Made by a program: the position numbers and the translations under genes | Notes under the pieces: model-generated | What the model saw: the letters and a program-made list of their open reading frames with translations, nothing else | What the model was told of the DNA's origin: nothing | The model's database searches: none | Source: a virus | Lineage: Duplodnaviria; Caudoviricetes | Length of the DNA: 64,000 nucleotides | Direction: 5' to 3' (one strand) | Virus record (IMG/VR): IMGVR_UViG_3300028833_000077 | Part shown: positions 39,808 through 49,100 of the stretch, piece after piece | Numbering within the stretch: position 1 is the stretch's first letter | How the letters are laid out: each line of letters begins with the position of its first letter

Positions 39808-40095
39808 ATGTTTGATTTCAAGAAACTGATTATCAAGTACCTCAAGGACATCATCCGAAGGTTGGAGGATGATGACTGTGAGATTACTGACACTGAGGCA
39901 ATGGACATCCTCAAAATCATCAACCATAGGCCCATGAGTAAGGCAAAGGCATGTGAATACCTCAACATGTCAAGGAGCAAGTTTGATGAACTTGTCAGGA
40001 GCAATGCTCTACCAAAAGGCAGGAAACGTGTGGGCTTTAAGGAGCTCGTATGGTTTGAGGATGAGTTGGAAGCACTAACATTAAAAAAGAGATAG
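39808..40095 (+). CDS. AlpA/excisionase-like HTH protein
   Basis: MSKAKACEYLNMSRSKFDELVR...LPKG. Confidence 0.75.
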   Translation: MFDFKKLIIKYLKDIIRRLEDDDCEITDTEAMDILKIINHRPMSKAKACEYLNMSRSKFDELVRSNALPKGRKRVGFKELVWFEDELEALTLKKR

Positions 40096-40096
40096 T

Positions 40097-40222
40097 ATGG
40101 CAACAAGAAAGACTAAAAGGGGAGGCTCTATGGCAGTCAAGGCTGGTTATACCAAAAACAAAAGACGGTATAGCTGTGGTGGAAAACTCTATAAATGTGG
40201 AGGCAAGCTCAAGAGTAAGTAA
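40097..40222 (+). CDS. 41-aa basic peptide with two CGGKL motifs (absent from the ORF track)
   Basis: MATRKTKRGGSMAVKAGYTKNKRRYSCGGKLYKCGGKLKSK; starts 1 nt after the previous stop. Confidence 0.6.
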   Translation: MATRKTKRGGSMAVKAGYTKNKRRYSCGGKLYKCGGKLKSK

Positions 40223-40574
40223 GAGGCGCGTTGTCAGTACCAAAAGGTATTTGAGAGTGTTGCCCATGATAATGGCAGGATTGTATCTAACCAATACAGT
40301 CCTGTCATCTTTTGATATTGACTACCGCATCTTTTCCTATATTGCACATATATTGTCATGGTGGCTAATCCTGAAATCTTCCTATCTGTTTGGTTTCTGC
40401 TCCTACCATCGCATGTTTTTATGGTATGTCATAGTCAATGATGCTATCAACATAGTAGACTATGAGTTTACATTGCCTATAAATGACCGAGAATTTCTTG
40501 CATTACACATCATCATAGCAGGTATATTCCTGTTTCTGGTATTGTATTTCCGTCTGAAATGCAGTAACAGGTAA
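40176..40574 (+). CDS. Multi-pass membrane protein
   Basis: 3-4 hydrophobic segments, FC.YHR motif. Confidence 0.7.
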   Translation: MVENSINVEASSRVSKRRVVSTKRYLRVLPMIMAGLYLTNTVLSSFDIDYRIFSYIAHILSWWLILKSSYLFGFCSYHRMFLWYVIVNDAINIVDYEFTLPINDREFLALHIIIAGIFLFLVLYFRLKCSNR

Positions 40575-40719
40575 CATCTTTCTTCTTCATTTCCTTCATT
40601 TACAGCAGGTTATGTGACTTGCTGGCATTGTTTCATAAGCCCTGTTAAACCCACTACCTTTGCAGCATCAACGTTGATGAAAGGTAACTTAGTGTTTAAC
40701 AGTTTAAATTTTAAGAACA

Positions 40720-41673
40720 ATGTCAAATAATGAAGGTGTTTATGTTTTTCCAGATGCAATGACAAAGTCATCTGGTATTGACCCTGGCCTTTTAGCGCTT
40801 CTTAACAATGGAGGTGGCTTCGGCAACAATGGCTACTGGATTTGGATCCTCTTCATGTGGATGATTTGGGGAGGTAATGGTAATTGGGGTAATGGTATGG
40901 GAGGTAATGGACTGCTCTCCAATCAGTTATTCAATACTGAAGGCCGTGATATGCTGCTTCAGGCTATCAATGGCAGGGCTGATGCTCTTGGACAGCTGGC
41001 TCAGATTACCCATACCTCTGTAGAGACTGTGAAGGATGGTATCTTTGCTCTCCAGAATGCAATCAACCAGACTTCCAATCAGGTAGGTATGAGTGGTCTC
41101 CAGACCATCAATGCCATTCAGGCAGGTGATGCTAACATTGCACAGCAAATATGTTCCTGCTGCTGTGAAAACCGTCTGGCTATTGCCAATCAGACCAATG
41201 CTATCCAGGCATCAATGGCTGCTAATCATGCTGCTGCTACTCTTCAGGCTGCCAATAACCAAGCTGCTGCACAGCTTCAGATGGCTAATATTGAGAGTGC
41301 AGACCAGCTTGCCGTATGTAAACAGACCAACACTCTTGCTACTCAGGCAGACCGCAATACCAATACTATCGTAAAGGCTATTGCAGACCAGAATGCCATG
41401 ATCGTAGATCAGTTCTGCCAGCTTAAGGAGCGTGAGTTGCAGTCTAAGATTGACACTCAGGGTGATATCATCACTCAGCTCAGAGGCCAGATTTCAAATG
41501 ATGCCCAGTCTATGGCTTTCAACAAGGCTATCTCAGCTTTGGATGACAAGATTGATGCCATTGCTGCCAAGCAGCCTGCAACAACTCCTGTAATTTACCC
41601 GAATCTGACAGCCGTCAATGCTACACCTTGGATGGGTAACTACTGGGGAGGTGGCCAGAGCTACTGGGGCTAA
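40720..41673 (+). CDS. Gly/Asn-rich membrane-anchored coiled-coil protein with CCC motif
   Basis: GGFGNNGYWIWILFMWMIWGG TM, CSCCCENR, long Q/N/A heptads. Confidence 0.8.
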   Translation: MSNNEGVYVFPDAMTKSSGIDPGLLALLNNGGGFGNNGYWIWILFMWMIWGGNGNWGNGMGGNGLLSNQLFNTEGRDMLLQAINGRADALGQLAQITHTSVETVKDGIFALQNAINQTSNQVGMSGLQTINAIQAGDANIAQQICSCCCENRLAIANQTNAIQASMAANHAAATLQAANNQAAAQLQMANIESADQLAVCKQTNTLATQADRNTNTIVKAIADQNAMIVDQFCQLKERELQSKIDTQGDIITQLRGQISNDAQSMAFNKAISALDDKIDAIAAKQPATTPVIYPNLTAVNATPWMGNYWGGGQSYWG

Positions 41674-41692
41674 TACTGAAAGGAGGTAAACT

Positions 41693-42115
41693 ATGGCAGT
41701 TTTTCCGTATCAGTATATTAATGTTCGTGGAATCCCCACTATCAAGACCCAGACAGTAGTGGTGTCAGATTCAGCTGTGACTTTCAAGTTTGCACCTGAC
41801 TTTGACGGTAGGCCCTTCAGAGGATTGATTCTGGTCTACATATCAGAGGCCATTCCTACAGGAACTACCACCACTCTGCCAGTGCAGTTCTCCATGGCAG
41901 GCACTACCAGTACAGTGACTTTCGCTGGAGGTACTGGTGTCACAGTGGCTGACCTGCCTGGTGTAGGTATCTATCTGGTGTACTTTGACAGATGGGCTGA
42001 CACTCTGCAGCTGATTGGCAATGCACCTGCGGCTGCAGCAGTACAGACAACCTCTGACACCACTGGAGGTGAGGATTCAAACAATTCAATGAGAACCGTA
42101 AAAAAGAGTAATTAA
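41693..42115 (+). CDS. Hypothetical beta-rich protein
   Basis: ORF in operon. Confidence 0.75.
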   Translation: MAVFPYQYINVRGIPTIKTQTVVVSDSAVTFKFAPDFDGRPFRGLILVYISEAIPTGTTTTLPVQFSMAGTTSTVTFAGGTGVTVADLPGVGIYLVYFDRWADTLQLIGNAPAAAAVQTTSDTTGGEDSNNSMRTVKKSN

Positions 42116-42117
42116 CC

Positions 42118-42609
42118 ATGTTTTCAAACTTAAGCAAAGGCAGTGTCCTCTACGGTCTGGACACTAATGGGGATATGAAGTACTTCACAGCCCCGATAGA
42201 GAGTGTGACAATCCCTTATCCCAAGTACAAGAACAGCACCTATGGGCAGATGCCTGAGATGGTCATGGATATAGTGGCCATAGTCAACGGTGAGAGGAAG
42301 GAGTACAAGCAGGTACCCAGTACCACCACAGTGGCTGACTTCAGTCCTATGACCTTCATATTGGCTGACAACAAGGATTCACTGGTGAACCATATCAAAC
42401 AGTTGAGACAGACCAGCCAGGATGTGCTCAACAGTGTTCCTGAACATGAGGCACGCATACCCAAGTTGGACAGGATACTGGGGGAGATAGACCCCGGTAC
42501 AGCCAATGACAATGCTGTCAAGGAACTGAAGGGTCAGGTAGAGTCCATGCAGAGCCAGATGCAGGAGATGCTTGCCTTGCTTAGGCAGAAAGCACCAAAC
42601 ACCGTTTAA
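42118..42609 (+). CDS. Hypothetical protein with C-terminal coiled coil
   Basis: ORF in operon. Confidence 0.75.
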   Translation: MFSNLSKGSVLYGLDTNGDMKYFTAPIESVTIPYPKYKNSTYGQMPEMVMDIVAIVNGERKEYKQVPSTTTVADFSPMTFILADNKDSLVNHIKQLRQTSQDVLNSVPEHEARIPKLDRILGEIDPGTANDNAVKELKGQVESMQSQMQEMLALLRQKAPNTV

Positions 42610-42612
42610 GCT

Positions 42613-42825
42613 ATGATGGTAATTAAGTTCAGAAGCAGTGAGGATCACAGTGACCTCATGCACAAGGTAAAGAAGATGCGCAAGTTCACTGAGGAGCTTG
42701 AGGACATTCTCAACGACTGTTATGAAGATGAGCCTGAGTACAGGGGAAGCTATCGCAGGGAGTATGATGAGGATAACCTGAGGTCAAGGATGAGTGGCCG
42801 ATATGGTTATCGTGGCATGAGGTAA
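42613..42825 (+). CDS. Small protein with R/Y/G-rich tail
   Basis: ORF in operon, followed by a hairpin. Confidence 0.7.
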   Translation: MMVIKFRSSEDHSDLMHKVKKMRKFTEELEDILNDCYEDEPEYRGSYRREYDEDNLRSRMSGRYGYRGMR

Positions 42826-42877
42826 GTCTAACCATGGGGCAGTCACTGTTGGCTGTCCCTTTATACCTATTATATAT

Positions 42878-43294
42878 ATGTACCATACAAGAACTGGAAG
42901 CTACGATGAGATTCCTGAGGGAATGAAGCGATACATCAACAACTATGGCTGCCACTTCAACAAGAAGCTGTGTGATTTTGCCACATCAAGGATGTACAAG
43001 GAGGTGAATGGCAAGAAGCAGTACATCACTCCTTATACCAAGGAACAGACTGATGCGCTGTTGAAGCAGTATAATGTCCAAGTGGAGAGGAACACTTTGT
43101 ATGATGGTTGCTACGTTATTAACATGGGAAAGGCCGACTACTTTGGTAGTTCCATTCCTAATGAGCAGTGTCTTGCCAAGTATGTGAAGGATGTGCTGGA
43201 TGATGCAGATGCAGATGATGGGTACGTGTTTAACTCATTTTATGCAAAATGCATGTTCTGCAATGTCCCTATTGACTGGGAGGAATATATTTGA
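42878..43294 (+). CDS. Hypothetical protein (YG.HF..KL, KADY, D.D, IDWE motifs)
   Basis: ORF; paralog of 13660..13983. Confidence 0.75.
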   Translation: MYHTRTGSYDEIPEGMKRYINNYGCHFNKKLCDFATSRMYKEVNGKKQYITPYTKEQTDALLKQYNVQVERNTLYDGCYVINMGKADYFGSSIPNEQCLAKYVKDVLDDADADDGYVFNSFYAKCMFCNVPIDWEEYI

Positions 43295-43323
43295 AAAGGA
43301 GGGGGTTAAATAACCCCCTCTTT
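43294..43323. terminator. Bidirectional terminator between convergent genes
   Basis: AAAAGGAGGGGGTT...ACCCCCTCTTT. Confidence 0.65.
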
Positions 43324-44127
43324 ATATACAAATCTATACTTTCTTGGATTTAGAGATTTAATTTTTCTACAAATGTTACTAGTAGATGTATTAAAACTTT
43401 GTGCAGCTTCTAAAACTGAATCCCATTCAGCTATGAGATTTCCGTTTAAATCATACTGCTGTACAGCCTTGATTCTGGTATCTCTTCTTTTGTTGTATTG
43501 TATATTATCGACCCGGCTACTAGTCCAAATAAACCCTCCTGCTGATAAAGTATTGTCATCTAGAACTTCACATATATGACTCGCTCCAGTCTGTCTTTCA
43601 GCTTCCTCCATAGAGAAATACTCCCCAAGATATTTTCCGTCCAGAGTGTATTGGTAAACCGTTTTAGGAGCACTTGCCCCATTAGTGATTTTTCTTTTTT
43701 CAAGACTTTTCTTTACTGCCTCTTTTGTGTAAACACTCTCATTACAATGTTGCCGTGTCAATATATTGTTTGCATTTTCTTTATGAGTTACCCAACGCAA
43801 GTTTTCTATTCTATAATCTTGTGTATTAGTATTAATATGGTCGACTTCTGGTTTATTATACGGGTTTGGGATAAATGCGATTGCCATCAATCTATGAATA
43901 TAAGTTGTCCTCGCTTTTCCATTTTTATACAGCCTAACATAAGGGTACCCTCTAGATGCCCTGTATTTATGCAAGATAATCTCTTTAATGGTTTCTGGCT
44001 CTTGATTATCTATTATCTGTCTAACGTTTCCAAAATTAGATATATAATACTCAAAATCATATCCCACAATCGGTTTCCAGATTTCAATGCCAGCATCTGT
44101 AAGCTGCAACAATTCTTCATATGTCAT
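43306..44127 (-). mobile_element. Free-standing NUMOD4-HNH-NUMOD1 homing endonuclease
   Basis: EIWKPI.GY..Y.ISN.G, HRL.A.AFI, VDHI...NL.W.T..EN, two V.QY.L.G repeats; AT-rich; opposite strand. Confidence 0.88.
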
Positions 44128-44228
44128 TATTCTGTCAACTATATAAAACTAATTCAACAATTAAAGAGAGGAGAGAGGGTGTTAACTTCCCCTTTGTCAG
44201 TTGGTAGCTGCTCCAACCTATCTTGGTA

Positions 44229-44260
44229 CAAAAGTACTAAATTTTACTTTAATCCGCAAA
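44229..44260 (-). promoter_or_regulatory. Canonical Bacteroidetes promoter TTTG-N20-TACTTTTG for the HNH gene
   Basis: Forward CAAAAGTA at 44229 and CAAA at 44257. Confidence 0.65.
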
Positions 44261-44286
44261 TTTTAAGCATTAAAAATCAATAAATT

Positions 44287-44688
44287 ATGATAAAACAGAC
44301 ATTTGATGTAGAACACTACTGGAGAGTTGTCATCCTCTATGATTGGGATGGCAACTTTCTTTATGATGCCGTCCATGAGTTGCATGATGCAGGATTCACC
44401 AGAGAGTTTGTAGGACAGGTAATGACAGTTATGTTCCTCAGGCTTGCAAAAGCAGTGACATGCAGCAACACCAGAGACCACATCAGTGTAGTGATATTTA
44501 ACCATCATGATACAGTGGAGGACTACATCAGTTCAATAGTCCATGAGGCAGAGCATGTCAAGCAGGCCATGCTGGATGCCTATGATGTAGAGGATGCAGG
44601 GGAGCCTCCTGCCTATACCATTGGTTACTTGGTGATGAGGATGTATGAGGTATTCAAGGAGTTAACCTGTCCTTGTAGTCCTGCTTAG
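44287..44688 (+). CDS. Zincin-like metallopeptidase
   Basis: IVHEAEH...E..AY..GYL. Confidence 0.7.
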   Translation: MIKQTFDVEHYWRVVILYDWDGNFLYDAVHELHDAGFTREFVGQVMTVMFLRLAKAVTCSNTRDHISVVIFNHHDTVEDYISSIVHEAEHVKQAMLDAYDVEDAGEPPAYTIGYLVMRMYEVFKELTCPCSPA

Positions 44689-44762
44689 GGCTGTCCTTAA
44701 CTTCTTGTCTGTCTGGTTGGTACATTCTATCTTTGCAGCATAATCTTAAAAACTTTAGACAC

Positions 44763-45605
44763 ATGAATGTACCAAGTTATAGTGCCCTGCAAGACAGGGA
44801 AAGAAGGATCAGGACTCTTCAGGAATTGTGTGAGGTTGTAGGCAAGCTGGAGAAGGAGCTGCATCCCAAGAATGTATCGGAACTCAATAATGATGCAGGA
44901 TACATCAATTCCCATGATAATGCCATTGTAGAACTGAACCAGCAGGTGTATACCCTCAAGAAGTCATTGGGTGACCTTGGAGGCAGTGCTGTCTTTGAGA
45001 TGCCTGACTATCTGGGCCACTCCTTCAATGCCCTCATGGGAAACAATGGGACAGTCAAGCTCTCTGAGGATGTATCCACAGGAAGATTCGGACCTGGCAT
45101 CTTGGCCAGCAATAAGGTCACTCTCGACATTAATGGTCACTCCCTCATCTTCCCCAGCCTCTCTTCCAGTCAAGCAGGCATCATGGCAAGGGGGACCCAG
45201 GAGATAATCATCAAGGGCAAGGGTACCATTGACTCTGGTACAGGCATGGCAGTGATGTGCAATGGTAAGGGTGCGGTCATTAACCTGACAGGTTCCACTA
45301 CAGTGTATACAGCCAACAGGCCCGGTGCAGAACTCATCTATTGCTATCAGGGAACCATCAACATCACCAATGGCACCTTCAGGAACAGTGCATCCCCATA
45401 TCTGCTCAACTGCTATGATGCCAACTACAAGAATGGTACTGCACAGATCATTGTGACTGGTGGAAAGTTCTATGACTTTGACCCCAGCAACTGTATATCA
45501 GAGGGAATCCCAACAAGCTTTGTGCCTGAAGGATATGTAGTCACCAGTGCTATTGTCGTGGAGGATGAGGAGCAACACACTGTCTATACTGTGAAGAAGG
45601 CTTGA
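44763..45605 (+). CDS. Putative beta-helical fibre/decoration protein
   Basis: VSELNNDAGY anchor, TLD.NG, GG.FY.FDP. Confidence 0.6.
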   Translation: MNVPSYSALQDRERRIRTLQELCEVVGKLEKELHPKNVSELNNDAGYINSHDNAIVELNQQVYTLKKSLGDLGGSAVFEMPDYLGHSFNALMGNNGTVKLSEDVSTGRFGPGILASNKVTLDINGHSLIFPSLSSSQAGIMARGTQEIIIKGKGTIDSGTGMAVMCNGKGAVINLTGSTTVYTANRPGAELIYCYQGTINITNGTFRNSASPYLLNCYDANYKNGTAQIIVTGGKFYDFDPSNCISEGIPTSFVPEGYVVTSAIVVEDEEQHTVYTVKKA

Positions 45606-45631
45606 GGCAATAAGGAGGAGTAGAGGTTTTT

Positions 45632-48600
45632 ATGGAGAACATAAGATGGAACAAGTGCCAGACTCCACTGGAGGAGCTCTGTTGCACTGTAGAGGATAAG
45701 GTAATCAGATTTCAAGATACACCAAAGGAAGTTCAGGAGAATTTCTGGGATTTCATCAACAATGTGCCCTTCATCAGATGGATGATTTCCCCTGACAGGC
45801 CATTGGTGTCTGAGCTCCCAAGGGATGAGCAGGGTAGGGCAATCATTGATGTGACCAAGCCGCCTATACTGGAGGATACGGAGTTCTTCAGGCAAATGGC
45901 TTTCAAGTGGCAAGAAGTAAGACAGTATACCTCATTAAGGCCAAATAGGAATCCTCAGAGTGACTTTGGCAAATGGCTTCTTGAAGAGAGGAAGAGGAGT
46001 TGGGATGGACTGGTGAATCCCAACACAGGCATGTGGATAACTGGAGACCAGTACTTCTTCCTGAACTACTGCCCCATTCAGCTTATCAGGAAGGATGAGA
46101 CTGGCAAGAACAACCGTGTCATAGACTTTCCTGATTTTTGGGATGGCCACTTCCTGATTTATCATTACCTACAGAAGGCCAGACAGTCTGGGCATCATGC
46201 AGCAGAGCTTGCATCGCGTGGTAAAGGTAAGGCACACCCCTATAGCCAGACAGTAATGACTCCTGATGGACAGAAACTGTGGCGAGACATCAAGGTAGGG
46301 GACCTCCTGTATGATGAGAGGGGTGGAACCACTAGAGTGATTGTCATTCCTTTTGATGATGTAGCACCAGTCTATGAGCTTACTCTTGCAGATGGCAGAA
46401 AGGTCAGGTGCTCTGAAGGGCATCTTTGGAATGTGTACTGGCATGGATGGAGCAACAATGAGATAGTCACTATAGACACAGCCAAGGTACGTGACAAATA
46501 TGTAACCAGTAGGAAGATATGTCCCAGGAACCCAAAGGGTATAGAGTACCATATGAGCATTCCTGCTTGTGACGAGGTTGAGATGCCCTACAGAGAAGTC
46601 CCTATTGACCCATATACATTAGGAGTACTCTTGGGAGATGGAAGCTTCAGGTCACAAACTGCCAAGAACTATGCCAGACTTACCAAGACCGTAGAGGATT
46701 GGGAGGAAATGAAGGACCATATTCCATATGACTGGGAGAGGGTAAACAAGGGTAGAGATATAATCATCCGTTCAGAAGGTATAGTGGCTATACTACAAGA
46801 GCTTGGCCTTTGGGGAAAGTTGTCTACAGAGAAGCATATACCAGAGTGCTACATCAACAACTCCATACATGTCAGGAAAGAGCTCCTCCGTGGATTGATG
46901 GATACTGATGGAAGTATGCATGAGGCAAGGATTGAGCTGGACTTGAGTTCCTATCAGCTCATCCAAGATATCATCAGGATATGCCAGTCTTTGGGATATA
47001 GCTACAGGCTCCACAGTAGGGTGGGAAAATACAAATCCAATGGAGTGACTCATGTGTGCAATACTTCATACAGGTTGAAAATCTACACACAGAAGATAAG
47101 AGGCTACTTGTCCAGGAAGAATGCCATGCTTGATGCTAGAAGCAAAAGCAACTATGCTAACAGTAAGATACGAGGCATAAAGATAATCAATGTCGAATAT
47201 GTGGGTACAGAAAGATGCAAGTGTGTCACTGTGGACAATCCTACCCACCTTTATCTGATAGGTGACTATATTGTTACCCACAACTCATACTGTGGTGCAG
47301 AGCTGCTGACAAAGAGATTCCTTTTTGGAGAGAGTACCCTTGTCAGGAAAAAGGTGCAGTGTGTGGTGACAGCAGCGGATAGGAAGTATATCTATGGTGC
47401 CAACCAGATACTCAATATGTTCTGCAGCAATGTTGACTTTATTGCAGCCAACACTCAATTCCCGTCAAGCAGGCTTGTAGACTCTGCACAGTCACTGACT
47501 TGGGTGTCTGGCTACAAAGACAAGACTGGTGTAAGAAAGGGTTCTGGAAACAGTCTTATGGGTATTACCTCAGGAGATGACCAGTCCAAGTTGAATGGTT
47601 CCCGTGGTGTGCTGTACCTAATTGAGGAGGCAGGTATCTTCAAGAACCTCATGAGCCTGTACCAGATGATACGGCCATCAGTGGAGGATGGTACCTCTGT
47701 CTATGGGCAGATATTTGCATATGGCACCAGTGGTGATGATATGTCTGACTTTACATCCCTTCAGGAGATTATGTACAACCCGAGAGGTTACAATATGCAC
47801 CCACTGCCTAATGTGTATGACAAAGAGGGACAGGGCAGGCCAGAGTTCACCTTCTTCTATCCAGCATACATGAACCGTTCGGGGTGTATGGACAAGGATG
47901 GTAACTCAGATATTACAAAAGCATTACTTGAGATATTGATGGATAGGTACAATGTCAAGTACAATTCTACTGACATCAATGCCATCACCAAACGTGTGTC
48001 CCAGTATCCCATCACCCCTCAAGAGGCCATTATCAGGTCACATGGCAGCATCTTCCCAGTCACTGAACTCAATGAGAGACTGAACCAAATAGACAACAAT
48101 CCCAATGAATATGATGATGTCTATGTTGGCAATCTGGTGATGAATTCCAAGGATGGCAGTGTAGAGTTCAAGCCTACTTCAGACCAACCTATCAGGGAAT
48201 TTCCAACCAAGGACAATAAAGTGGTGGGTGCAATAGAGATATACTGTATGCCACAGAAGGGGCCTGACGGCAAGATTCCTCCTGGGAGATATATTGCAGG
48301 TGCCGACCCATTCATCAATGATACCGCCAATACCATGTCATTGGGTTCCTTCTTGATGCTGGACACATGGACAGACACACTGGTTATGGAATATACAGGA
48401 AGACCTATGTTTGCTGATGACTATTATGAGATATGTAGGTTGGCTTGTTTGTTCTACAATGCCACAGTACTCTTTGAGGCAAACAAAAAAGGTTACTTCC
48501 CATACTTCACCCAGAAGAACAGCTCACATCTGCTGGCTGATACTCCCGAGTACCTGCTAGACAAACAGCTCATCAAGGGCTTGGGATACGGCAATACTAG

Positions 48601-48994
48601 GAAAGGTGTAACCACTACAGTACCCATCAAGAACTATGGCTTTGGACTCATTAGGGACTGGCTGCTGAAACCTGTTGTGAAGATTGTCAAGAATGAGCAG
48701 GGAGAGGATGAAGAGATAACCATATCCAATCTATACAACATCAGGAACAGGGCTTTGTTGAAGGAGCTGATACTGTATAACCCACAAATCAATGTAGACC
48801 GTATCATGGCTTTGGTGATGCTGATGATATACAGAGAGGAGAAGATGGCCTTATTCCAAGGCAACTTGAAGCAGGAATTACAACTCTCTGAGATGGAGGC
48901 AGCTGAATATTGGGATAAGAACTATCCTGGGAAGAAGGATGTGTATGGCAGTAAAAAGTTTGACAGCTATTCCTGGGATAAGGGCAATTTCTAA
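45632..48994 (+). CDS. terL: Terminase large subunit with intein
   Basis: Walker A SRGKGK|S split by the intein, Walker B LIEEAG, nuclease IAGADP...DRIMAL. Confidence 0.93.
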   Translation: MENIRWNKCQTPLEELCCTVEDKVIRFQDTPKEVQENFWDFINNVPFIRWMISPDRPLVSELPRDEQGRAIIDVTKPPILEDTEFFRQMAFKWQEVRQYTSLRPNRNPQSDFGKWLLEERKRSWDGLVNPNTGMWITGDQYFFLNYCPIQLIRKDETGKNNRVIDFPDFWDGHFLIYHYLQKARQSGHHAAELASRGKGKAHPYSQTVMTPDGQKLWRDIKVGDLLYDERGGTTRVIVIPFDDVAPVYELTLADGRKVRCSEGHLWNVYWHGWSNNEIVTIDTAKVRDKYVTSRKICPRNPKGIEYHMSIPACDEVEMPYREVPIDPYTLGVLLGDGSFRSQTAKNYARLTKTVEDWEEMKDHIPYDWERVNKGRDIIIRSEGIVAILQELGLWGKLSTEKHIPECYINNSIHVRKELLRGLMDTDGSMHEARIELDLSSYQLIQDIIRICQSLGYSYRLHSRVGKYKSNGVTHVCNTSYRLKIYTQKIRGYLSRKNAMLDARSKSNYANSKIRGIKIINVEYVGTERCKCVTVDNPTHLYLIGDYIVTHNSYCGAELLTKRFLFGESTLVRKKVQCVVTAADRKYIYGANQILNMFCSNVDFIAANTQFPSSRLVDSAQSLTWVSGYKDKTGVRKGSGNSLMGITSGDDQSKLNGSRGVLYLIEEAGIFKNLMSLYQMIRPSVEDGTSVYGQIFAYGTSGDDMSDFTSLQEIMYNPRGYNMHPLPNVYDKEGQGRPEFTFFYPAYMNRSGCMDKDGNSDITKALLEILMDRYNVKYNSTDINAITKRVSQYPITPQEAIIRSHGSIFPVTELNERLNQIDNNPNEYDDVYVGNLVMNSKDGSVEFKPTSDQPIREFPTKDNKVVGAIEIYCMPQKGPDGKIPPGRYIAGADPFINDTANTMSLGSFLMLDTWTDTLVMEYTGRPMFADDYYEICRLACLFYNATVLFEANKKGYFPYFTQKNSSHLLADTPEYLLDKQLIKGLGYGNTRKGVTTTVPIKNYGFGLIRDWLLKPVVKIVKNEQGEDEEITISNLYNIRNRALLKELILYNPQINVDRIMALVMLMIYREEKMALFQGNLKQELQLSEMEAAEYWDKNYPGKKDVYGSKKFDSYSWDKGNF
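46232..47284 (+). mobile_element. 351-aa class-3-type intein with LAGLIDADG endonuclease
   Basis: Starts AHPY, has HLW, CVTVD, IVTHN|S; LGVLLGDG and LRGLMDTDG motifs. Confidence 0.9.
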
Positions 48995-49100
48995 TCAGCT
49001 TACTAATAGCCACTTAAGGAAGTGTTAAGCTTTCAAGGCAGGACACCTTATTTATGTATTTTTGCAGACAGAAGATAGTAGAAACCAAAAGAGAAGTAAA

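Noticed and set aside
43306-44127. Intron around this HNH gene
   Set aside because: Opposite strand, own promoter and terminator, no group I core motifs seen, flanking genes look complete
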